NCBI GenBank assembly: GCA_040954595.2
Contig: CM082578.2
Coordinates: 7,983,519 to 8,047,518 of the forward strand
Reading direction: 5' to 3'
Length of the DNA stretch: 64,000 nucleotides
Source of the DNA: Balanoglossus misakiensis
Lineage: Eukaryota > Animalia > Hemichordata
Both the position numbers and the translations under genes were made by a program. Shown piece by piece: positions 40,059-56,012 of the stretch. The first letter of the stretch is position 1; every line of letters begins with the position of its first letter. A model generated the notes under the pieces. It did not search any database. It saw nothing but the letters and a program-made list of their open reading frames with translations, and was not told the origin of the DNA.

Positions 40059-42556
40059 GTTTGTCAACTCAAATTTGTACAAAATTCCAACATCACATGT
40101 GTTCACTTGTTTTAGGCCTACTTGTCAACTTCTGCCATTCAATTCACCTGAAAGTAGAGTTATTGGGTTTTTTTATTTCAGAAGAGTTGAATGTACCAGG
40201 TGTGATTTGAATAATGGTTTCATTGAATGTTTCTTAGGTTATATACATGACATTATCATGGTACAGTCTAGAAAGTTCAAAGACAATTCCAAAAAGTGAA
40301 ATTAAGGTACCAAGGTGTCAAATGGTACCTGTTGATCCATTATTCTTCACATTTGTTTTTCTTCTTACCAACTGCTGCAAGATCTTGTTTCTCAAAAGTA
40401 TATGCATATACATTATACATGTACTATGGATCTATCTGTACTGTGAATTGTTTTCCCTTGCGCGCCCCCCCCCCCCACCATATATCAAATGGTGCACACC
40501 TGACAAATGGCGCAAATTCGTCAGCCAAGATCGCACCTGGCCAACCTAGCTAGCCAAGTCATGTGGATCGCTAAACTGTACATGGAAGAAACGACTGTCG
40601 TTCCAGGCGTACGTCTTATAATCCCCGTCCCCTCAGTACCATCATGGTACCATAGCTGAGCGAGAGCGTCCAGTTGTAGGGCTAGCGCGCGGCGCGCGCG
40701 CTGACAAGGACTAGACTGGCGCAGCTCCGTTGTAATGGCAGACCTAGTGCGGATCAGACGATTTATATCCGTGCAGATATAATTGAACATTATCATGTAA
40801 CATACATTTGAAATGCCACTAACCTTAGCTCCAGACTTCCATGCGATTTACTGAAAACGAACAAGACGCAGGCGAGAACGGACCCAACGCGCGGTCAGAT
40901 TGTAAAGCACGGTCACCCAAGGTCACTTCATGGTCAATGAACTATTTCTAGGAAGAGACCATAAAATATTGAGCGGGGGTCGTAAAGGTATCTGGAGTGG
41001 AGTGTTTGGAGAGAAAAAAGCTGTAATTTTTATAGTCAGCGAAACCATTAGGCCTAACTTACATGTACATATTATTTTGTCAGTGAATCACACACGTATT
41101 AGGCTATGAATAAACCGTCAGAGGGACATCGACAGTATATCAGGAACATAGAAGAAAAGCCCTGATAGGCCTAAAAGAACCAAAAGTTACACAAGACCCA
41201 TTTGCCGAGATATGTAGACATCTATTTATTCTGTTGTCATATTTTCGTCGTCAACTAGATTTTTTCTTGTTTTGGATAGTATATACATTCGGCACTTGCT
41301 CAACTAAGCAAATGCGTCACACTCAGAACTTTGTTTTCAAACTTGTTAGGTCTATATGTGCATTTGCGCACACTGTTTGGCGCGTTTGTTCCCTGTGTGA
41401 ACACGGGAGCTAAAATATATAGCTGCCACTGGTTGTGCGCATTCCTTCGCAGGGTCTGTCAAGTTCACCCGGTAAGAGCGTTTTATCAGTTCTTGCTTTT
41501 TGCACACGCGACTGTGAGGTTTGTTGGTATATCCCGAGGAAATGTGGTCCTGTTAAAACAGGCGTGGTTGGACAGAATAATATATGTTCAACTTCAGTAG
41601 AGACACGCACACAGGCATAGAAATATTTACTATATACACAGTCCCTGTAGTCGAAGGGATTGTGTTAGGCCCTATATAGTAAAAGTGAAGGTCACTGCAA
41701 CGCCATTCCACACAGAAAGAAATCTTACGGTGTCGGTAGAAATCAGTCATATATATGAAAAACGACCACAATGTTTCACTTTCGCTTAGTCCGGACACGA
41801 CGAATTTTCTAAGGTTGTGTAGAACAGATAGAGGACGCCATATTCTTTACTGAGAACAAAAAAGCACACCTTTTAAAACTGCTTTTGCAAGGCAGAGATT
41901 CGGGAACTGACCTTCTTGTTCTGCAAGGGGTGAAATGTAAGGTAATATGCGCAGTAAACAGCAGGGGTCAGAATGGCCGTGACAGTAAATGTAAAATGTA
42001 TGGCGTAGCTCTTTTGTGACAAGGACAATATGCGACTTTTCTACAGAAACGTTCAAAACACTATAGGCCTACACGACTGTATAAAACAATATTATCAGTT
42101 GTATTTCAGATTCTGTTTTTAGTAGTGTTTTAATTACTTGTAAACATCCGAAATAGGCGGTTAGGTATGGTCTACACACACACTGACACATGCGACTTTT
42201 ACAAAGGATTGCATTATTTTATAACTTTACATGTCTCAGCCTTCTAAAGAACGTGTAGGCCTAGCTGTGCTTTTTTTTCTCGTGGCCATCTATGAAAATC
42301 TACAATTGGCTAGATCTCTACTTTCCATGGTATACCAAGGCTAAATTTGCACAAATGACTGTATACCTCATGCCAGCAACGTAACGGCTTACAACGTTCA
42401 AAAAATATGTTCTACACGTTATCGGATTAACAATACCAACTTAGGGTTTTGAATAAAAAAGAGATTCGTCGGTTTGTATATTAATTCATAACTTGAATGC
42501 ACTTTGTTTTTCAAATCTCCACAAATCTGTCAGCAGAAAACTCATTTGATCGGGAA

Positions 42557-43449
42557 ATGTCTTCAGCACACAAAGACAATGAAGAGAAAAAAGTGTGCAT
42601 CATTACTGGGTCGAATTCCGGCATCGGCTTTGAAGCAGCGAAAAAGTTGGCAGCAAAAGGATACGAAGTTATATTGGCGTGTCGCAACGAAGAACGAGGC
42701 AAAGCGGCGGAAACGAAGATAAGAGAAAGCGATCCCGGTGCAGATGTACATTTTATGGCGGTAAGGGTCTACCCTTTGTCTCTGTTGGGTGGGGGTGTAC
42801 CGATATGTATATTTTCGAATAAAAAAATCAAAAGCTTGAAATGGTTTTGAATGAACACTGTTATACATGGGTGTATGTCGCTCGAGTGTATTATACATGT
42901 AGTCCCACGGACGAAGTTGCGTTTATGATGATGTCGGAACAGGCTACACCAAGGCAACATCCACATTTAAACTTTTATTATTAGTGGTTTATACATGAAG
43001 GTGATATTTTCTAATACGTCCCACAGTATAATTACCAACAGGATTGATACTTTGCTATAAACATTTTTTCAAAGCCGTTTTGAAGACACGTCTTGACTGA
43101 TTGATTGTCTTACAACAGTTAAGCATTATACTCTATCCCAGGCCCGTGTACCCCGAGAAGTGCGTTATAACTCTAAATTTCTTTTTTACCCCATTGTCAG
43201 CTTGACTTGGCATCGCTGTCATCCATTCACCAGTTTGTTAAAGACTTCCATTCTACTGGGAAACCATTACATGTTCTTTGTAACAACGCTGGCGTAGTCC
43301 CTGCTATTGGGACAACTGGTCGGTCCGAAACAGAAGATGGCTTTGAACTTGCACTGGGTGTCGGCCACTTAGGTAACTAATGTTCCCTGTACACCTTTCT
43401 AAACGTTCTTTTCATCACAGCCTACTTTGAAATAACAGCAATCGTCGTT

Positions 43450-43516
<67 letters not shown>

Positions 43517-44853
43517 GCCTGTGCCGTAATGCAATACGACATTCTTGTAATATCTGGGCGAAAATTCTTACATCCTCGCATATCGTGTTTAGACCCTAGG
43601 TCTAGACACATCTTATAACATACACGCGATCATTCTGAAACGTTAGTGTTAACCTCGTCGGGAATAACAGTAATACACTACACTTTTGTTTTGTAAACAG
43701 GGCACTTCCTTTTGACGAATCTCTTACTTGAAGATTTGAAGAAGACCGCTGAAAAGAGCGGCGAAGCAAGAATAGTAGTGACGACATCCGAATGGCACAG
43801 AAGCCCACGTAAATTTTGGAATCATCATTATCATAAGCTTTTTCGCTCTATGAGATATAAACATGTAAAAATCAATAACCGATCCTCAGTCTTCCAGAAA
43901 AAGACTGATTCATTGTTACTTTTACTAATATTTTTCAGTGTGTGATTTGTCCATTGAAAATCTGATGCTGACAAAAGAAAATACGTATCGCGGTGGGCGC
44001 GCCTATGCACACGCCAAGTTAGCGAATATACTCTTCACCTACGAACTTTCGAGAAGACTTCGAGACACAAAGATAACCTGCAACTGTTTGCATCCAGGTA
44101 GGTGGCATATTCCAACGATCAAAAAAAGCAAGAAGAGACATATCGTTTTTTTTTTTTTTTGGATGGCTGACCGCCACCGCTCGCCGCATTGCATCGAATG
44201 CACACTTGAATGTTGACGTAAATGATTGTATTTTTGGATGGCAGGTATCATCGCAAACACTGGTCTTTTCCGTAACATTGGCTGGCTAGGGAGAACCCTG
44301 CTGTGGCTTGCATCTCCACTAGGTCGTATATTTGGATATGCAAAAACGGTGGACTATGGAGGAGATATGCTGTCATTTCTCGCATCCGACGATACTTTAA
44401 AAGGTACCAATATACATAATACAACCGCCGGCTGTTCCACTGGATGCATGTGTCATACTTTAAAATTTCAATCTCAATGTATCAACAGAAAATAATCTTA
44501 CCACAGGCGCTTTCTTTGCAAGTCCTTTGCAGTAATTTTCCAAGCTCGGGTTGATTCTCACATTGAGGTAACCATCTGCCGATCAGGCAGATTATATGGA
44601 TATTCACGACCTCATTATTCCATATTTGGCGATCGGGGCAAGTGACTATGAGTGGTTAAAAAAACAGCTGCTCCTATAGACATACTGCTGCTCTCATATT
44701 ATTGGCATTTACTCATTTCCTCCCCACCCAGGTGTTACCGGTAAATATTTCATGGACTTCAAAGAGGCGGTCAGTTCTGACCTATCATATGACAGCGAGT
44801 TGGCGCTGATGCTTTGGAAAGTCAGTGAAGATCTGGTTCATCTCGGAAAGTGA
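42557..44853 (+). CDS. Retinol dehydrogenase 11/12/13-like SDR (paralog 3), 6 exons
   Basis: Exons approx 42557-42760, 43201-43372, 43701-43808, 43939-44097, 44245-44403, 44732-44853. Motifs TGSNSGIG, CNNAG, GVGHLGHF, YAHAKLAN, HPG; TGA at 44851-44853. Confidence 0.9.
43440..43516. repeat. (CAT)n microsatellite in intron 2 of SDR paralog 3
   Basis: About 22 perfect catcat units. Confidence 0.95.
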
Positions 44854-45348
44854 CAATTGTCTCTCCAGGCCGACTCCCTCGTGGGAATGTCGGATATCTT
44901 TAAATGGTGAACTCCAGGTAAATGTTGCTCTACTCGAGTAATGTTATAGGTGTGTTAGCATTGCTGATATGTATATAACTGACTCGTCAAACTCATCCGG
45001 TCAGTCGCCCTACACCAAGTAGTGAACACGACATGTGTCAACGTCTATAATATGCAAATACAATAATCTATGCAAAAAAACATTGCTTGGTTTCAACAGA
45101 AGAGAAGGAAAGGGTGAAAGGCGAATCATCTAGTTCTGGGAGTGATTTAAGGAAGGAACTTAACGACAGTGAAAGTTCAGCATCAGCCGAAAGTGATGAA
45201 AATATCACTCGATACAATGTCATGTACAAGTATAAATAGATTCATGTAGACCTACTACACATAACTAATTTATATTCCCATACATGTATTTACATTCGAA
45301 CTTTGACCAGGTGTACGGCGCCCTCATTAAGCAAAGAGACACAACCGT

Positions 45349-45669
45349 TCTCTTTGCTGGCTTGGCCGCTGCGAGTAGGTTGGTAATTTTTTTCTCTCCC
45401 TGTAAATCGCCCATGAAGGCATTAAATCATTGACATCCACCCCTATAATTGATATATAATGATGTGTTAGTGGTTCAAGAACCATCATCTGTAATATTTT
45501 GAAAGAATGTTCAGTGATTTTTGCTGGAAATATGTGAATATTGGACTCGAAAAGCACTTTATGCGCCGTAGTATTTTCTGTTAAGTATGCTCTGTATATT
45601 TTCTTTGGTTTTGTAAGTATTGTAATTCTTTTTCTCTCCTCTCTTTGCTGGCTTGGCCGCTGCGAGTAG
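45349..45669. repeat. 30-bp direct repeat pair, probably an interspersed-repeat remnant
   Basis: tctctttgctggcttggccgctgcgagtag at 45349-45378 and 45640-45669. Confidence 0.75.
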
Positions 45670-46671
45670 CCAAGCACAGATGGAGCCGCTGACCAAAGTA
45701 ATAAACGTGATGAACATACCGGTACATTAATGCGTGTCGGGTGAGTGTATACAGTATAGCTGTGTCTCCTGAGCGAATGGGTTTGAATGCCTAATACACA
45801 ACGCAATGCCCAACGACAACAACATTACCAAGCCTATAGCACATGTAGCAGGGGTCACACATGTACGTGTGTACGCCACAATGTATACTCGAAGTCGTTA
45901 TATCAAATTAATGATAGAAATTTGATTCATATTTAAACTAGGAATAGTTGTTAAATGACAAAAAATCACTCAGTAGATTTGTCAAGATTGTGATTGATAG
46001 TTTCAGCTCACACTTGCCCGTTAGTCGGGTGTCTTAAATAATAAATTTGCCTTAGTTTTGCCCCCATGATGACATTACTGGATTATCAATGTTTATCGTA
46101 GCCACGAAAATACTGGTAACTTAAAGTACTAGTAAAATGCATTGTATTGTGAATTTGTGAGCATCGATGCTAATGTATATACTCAAAGTTCAAAACGTAC
46201 AAATGTTGGTCATTTTGAACACATTTATCACGAGTAATAATCAGGCTAAAACTTATTTTGATTATTTTATTTTAAATATTGCATACATCGTTGCGACAGT
46301 ATTACTATTATGATGCTTTAAATTTGCTGTTGTTACTCTCTACATAAGTGGCATACATTGCGTTACCAGAGCAACGAGATTTTCCACTCGAATCTTGCGA
46401 GATGGCGCAGAGTATACCCTCTCCAGTAAATAATACGCTCATATTCACTTGCAGACAAATAACTTTATTGATAATCACCCGATACTAAAGCAATGGATAC
46501 ATTAAAACTTAACAGTTATTGCGGCAACCTGATGGTTCGTGGATAAATAAATACTACATTGACGTCATTCCAATTCCATAACACCAAAAATGAAATCGCA
46601 GGAATATCTCGCAGTCTGTGTACCTTTACGTGAAGCAAATGGTTATATCGTCTATCAAATCCATTTCCGGT

Positions 46672-51518
<4,847 letters not shown>

Positions 51519-51569
51519 GATCTCCGCAAAACGCGTATCCCTCTTTTTTAAAAGTCTGTATGGGTGTTA

Positions 51570-52020
51570 TACGGTGGACGATACTGACACTGCTCTGCTA
51601 ACTTAATCTGCTCTGCTAACTATATCTGCTCTGCTGTCGACCTGCTCTCTGCTGAGTTAATCTGCTTTGCTAACTTAATTAATCTGCTCTGCTAACTTTA
51701 CCTGATCTGCTGTCGACCTGCTTTCTGCTGAGTTAATCTGCTCTGCTAACGTAACCTGCTCTGCTGTCGACCTGCTCTGCTAATATGCTAAGTCGACTTG
51801 CTCTGCTAACTTAATTAATCTGCTCTGCTAACTTTACCTGCTCTGCTGTCGACCTGCTTTCTGCTGAGTTAATCTGCTTTGCTAAATTAATCTGCTCTGC
51901 TAACTTAATCTGCTCTGCTGTCTACGGTGGACGATACCGACACTGCTCTGCTAACTATGCCTGCTCTGCTGTCGACCTGCTCTCTGCTAAGTTAATCTGC
52001 TCTGCTAACTTAATTAATCT
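51570..52020. repeat. Minisatellite of ~17-18 bp CTGCTCTGCT-core units just upstream of the GH9 start codon
   Basis: About 25 variant units (ctgctctgctaacttaat, ctgctctgctgtcgac). The segment tacggtggacgatac(t/c)gacactgctctgctaact occurs at about 51570 and about 51923. Confidence 0.9.
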
Positions 52021-53377
52021 GGACGTATACTCACGTAGAGTGTTGAACAGCGCCCTCATTGTTACAAAGATGCCACACATATCTCAGTCAGTACTACATC
52101 TATACTAAACGTGAAAATATATGCAGCACATGGAGTTCACAGTGTTAAAACAGTTCATGTTTGGAAATAACTCATCTCAAATAATTCTGCAAAATAACAT
52201 AAACATTGGATGAAACTTGTTTATTCATTCTGACATCACAGTCAACAAAGGTGAGGAAGAAAAAGAAACTGTGTTGACAACTTTATTTGTAGGATTAGAA
52301 CACATTTTATTCTAGTCAGAATTCACTGAAAAATCTTCACACATTCCATAACACTGAATTCAATTACATGCTTGTGCAATTATACTAGTTTTGGGCTACC
52401 ATTTATCAGCAGTGTGCAGCAGCCTCATACGACTGTCTTTGATTTGTCAGTTCTGTTTGTTCAAACAGGTTACAACAGGTGCAAACCTATCAGAATAGGC
52501 TGTTATGGGTGCTGCACACTGAATTCCCAAATCGATGGAGAAATATTTTTCAATTGAAGCCATACCCAACTGAACTGCCATACCTTTCCTTTCAGATCAT
52601 GTGGCAAATCCATTTTGAAAATTAAGAATTCCCAAATTGTTCTCTTGCATGTATTTTACACACCCACCAAAATTCTCACTACCTTGAATAGGTTTTTGCT
52701 ACCTAGGTTAGTGATGAAAATATCATGTCGATCAGATGGGCAGCCCCAGGATTTGCAGATAACTTCTGTTCAAATGAAAGTTCATAAGATTTTTTCACAG
52801 AAAAAATAAAACATGAACAAACTGAATAAAATAAGTTCTATACTACGCTAACTACAAAAGTGGAAGCTATAAAATGGGTAATAAATAATATACTCAAACT
52901 CTCACTACTACAGTGAGTTGTTTTTTTACCCACAATGCACTAATAAAATATGATTTGACCCCCTAGCTGGACGTTACTAAAGGGTACAATGCATTGTTCA
53001 TACATTGTTGGCTTCTTAATATTGAGCTTTTACAGATAATAGTTTTGGGTGAAGGCCCAAACTACCCATATTCCGGAGAAAATCATCACCATGGCATTTC
53101 AAACCGTAATATTGAACAAGATTGGTTGCAGGAATGTATTTATCAAACACACACTTGGTATTTATATCATATGTAAGAAATAATTGTAAGAAACTGCTTA
53201 CATCCAAAATATATTTTTTTTAAATTGTCAAATTGTTCTATGTTCTCAAGGTGGATGAACGAAAAACATTTTCTCCAAAATTCAGGGTGTTTGAACCTTT
53301 ACAGCGGCTGAATCATTGAGTTATTTGTGGAACTCATCAAAACCGATGATGCTTAAGTAGAACACAAAAGAAATACA

Positions 53378-53421
53378 GACACACACACACACACGCACGC
53401 ACACACACACACACACACACA
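53378..53421. repeat. (CA)n microsatellite
   Basis: acacacac...gcacgcacacac run. Confidence 0.9.
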
Positions 53422-54147
53422 AACTATGAAGTGATATGGCTAATCTTGGGTATACAGCAACAAGTACATTAGACTTTTTTATAAAGTTTATGGATACACT
53501 CGAATTGCATAAAATGTAAATGACAGATCTGAGACATTATTTCAAATTCAGACCACTCTGACAACATCACACGTGGACATAGGGATCGAATGTACACACC
53601 TCATCGCAAATACCAGTAAAATATGACATTCCAAAAATCAAACAATTCAATAGCGATATATATCCTGATGTCAAAGTTCACAAACCCCACAGTATGGTCC
53701 CTTTCTATGTTTCCTTGACAGTGATAGTCATTTGATGTCCATTTTGTAAAAATGTAGAATAGAAATATAGTAATAAAATCTACCATTCCACTGAATTACA
53801 GTTGTACTTGTGTCCAAGCTCAAGGTGGTTCTGAATATTTTTTTCATAATTAAAAAATAATATTGATAGAAAGACACTTGTCCCCTCTTTACTCTGCATC
53901 AGATTGGCCTATTAAATTTTGGCTAACATTATGAAAAACAAAAACAAAACAGGGCGTAGGGAAGAAAAGGGATGCGTACCAAACATATAAAATCAATATC
54001 TTTGATTTATTTGGACATGATCATTACATCGATACTGTACATTCTGAAGATAACATATTTAAAATAATTCTTTTTATAAAAATACCCTTTTTTAAAGTTG
54101 CTGCTAATTACACAAGTTCTCAGAGGTTCTGCTGTGAATATTATAAA

Positions 54148-54233
54148 CCCTTTCACCCCCATTGCCATATTTAGGGGTCCAACTCGACCACAGAAAACAA
54201 TGGATTTTGGCCAAACCATAGGTGGTGAGAGGG
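54148..54233 (-). mobile_element. Diverged copy of the ~85-bp TIR element family
   Basis: ccctttcacccc...ggtccaac...ccaaaccataggtggtgagaggg; reverse orientation to the 22519 copy. Confidence 0.6.
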
Positions 54234-55002
54234 TCAACACACTTCTGTGAGTTAGCACACACCTCAGACTTCTGTTCTTATGGAAGTATGTGTAGTTGCC
54301 ATTACAGATGGAAAGATGCAACGACAAAGAATGTCCACACTGACCAACACAATCTCGAATGCATAGTCTGAAATGAGAGTCAACAGACAAGCTTTCTGGT
54401 TTTACTTATGTTCTCAGAAATACCTGGAATCGGCGATTCCGCCCCTATGCATCTTTCAAACCAAGACACAACATGTAGATACACAGAAACGATTTATTGC
54501 TTTAGACAGGACCACAATCCAAAATTTAACTGGTTTGTATACACAGGATAAATTGATATGAATCCTGTTGAAATCAGTGTCAAATCTATATACATATACA
54601 GTAAAAATCACTGATTTTCTCTGTTAAACTCTTATTATACATTTGCAAAAGATGGAAGAAGGTGGGTGGAATACAAGAAAGTACCTGCAATCATTTGCAG
54701 AATTTCTTTGCATAGATTTCTATGACAGGTCAAAGAACCAGGGTGATGCAATAAATGTTGTAGCCATAACTGAAAGTGGGAATCCAAAGATTACAGCATC
54801 ACAGTGAGCAGTGTTTCATGCAGACAGCTCTGATCAAACAAATTAACATTGACAGCATAATGGGGAATGGAACACCACAGAGGCCAATTATGCGAAAATG
54901 AAAATGTACATGTACCACGCTCACAAATGCTAGTATACAAATGAAGAGTTTGCATATTCTTGATACTCTGCGCTGAATTTGTAACATCTGTCATAATCTT
55001 AA

Positions 55003-55088
55003 CCCTTTCCCCACCATGGTTCAGTCCAAACCTAATTGTTTCTATGGGAAGGTTGGACCTCTAAAGAGGGAACTGGGGGTGAAAGGGG
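55003..55088 (+). mobile_element. ~85-bp TIR element flanked by TTAA on both sides (piggyBac-type MITE-like)
   Basis: TTAA (54999-55002) ccctttcccc...ggtgaaagggg TTAA (55089-55092). CCCT...AGGG-like ends and a TTAA duplication are piggyBac hallmarks. Confidence 0.72.
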
Positions 55089-56012
55089 TTAAAGATCTGA
55101 TTTGAACACCGAAGAAATTTCTCACCGATTTAATTAGTACTGGTAAATGCACAACGTATGAAACTTTTCTTATCTGCTCCCTGCGATAGGATGTATTAAA
55201 GTTGCATATTTCTCAGCAGTTTCCGAAAACATCTCCTGCTTGAGTTGCACTAAACTGAGCTGACTTTGTGTTTATGAACTGGAGCACCTCCATATTTTAC
55301 CCTCAACACATAAAATTAAACTACACCATGATTTTATGGAGTAATAAAAAATGTATAAAATAAAAAAAGGAACTGTGTTATCTGGTTTCATGATAACAAA
55401 GTTCTGATTCGGACTACAAACTGTACATGAAAATTTAGCTTTTTGAGGGTGTATATTACTTGGCCAAAAATGTACATTTAAGCATGAACTAGCACGTTGA
55501 GCAGTTCTACAGGCTACAGCATGATGTCATGTTTTTGTGCGTCTTACTCTTACATTAGGTTCAAATCCTAGATGTTGGGCTTTATCTTTCTGCCCTTTTC
55601 CCTTTAAGTTGGACTTGGACTCAGGCTTCTGGTAACTGAATACAGTCATATGCACTCTGGGACGAAACTGCCATGAATACAATGTCATGCTAGTATTAGC
55701 TGACCAATGACTGTCCACTGTTCTGCAGACATTGCCATGATTCATTTCAATATGCTAATGTAATGCTAATGATTCACGAACGATACAAGGTGATCCAAAT
55801 CAACATCATGATATGTAGTTCTCCATGTAAACAATACAAAATGTAATTTACAAACAATTGCTGGGTAACTTTAATCGGTTCAGCAAATGCTCTTTTTTTA
55901 AATTATAAACTCTGCAATTTTTAGTCCACATTGATTTTTTCATCTGTACACAGCAAAACAAGGATTTTTTGTAATGCTTGTCAATTATTAAAAATTAAAA
56001 TATAAAACAAAT

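Noticed and set aside
51570-52020. Possible CRISPR-like array (constant core with variable linkers)
   Set aside because: Linkers are only 6-12 bp and are reused, the context is eukaryotic, and no cas genes are present; it is a minisatellite.
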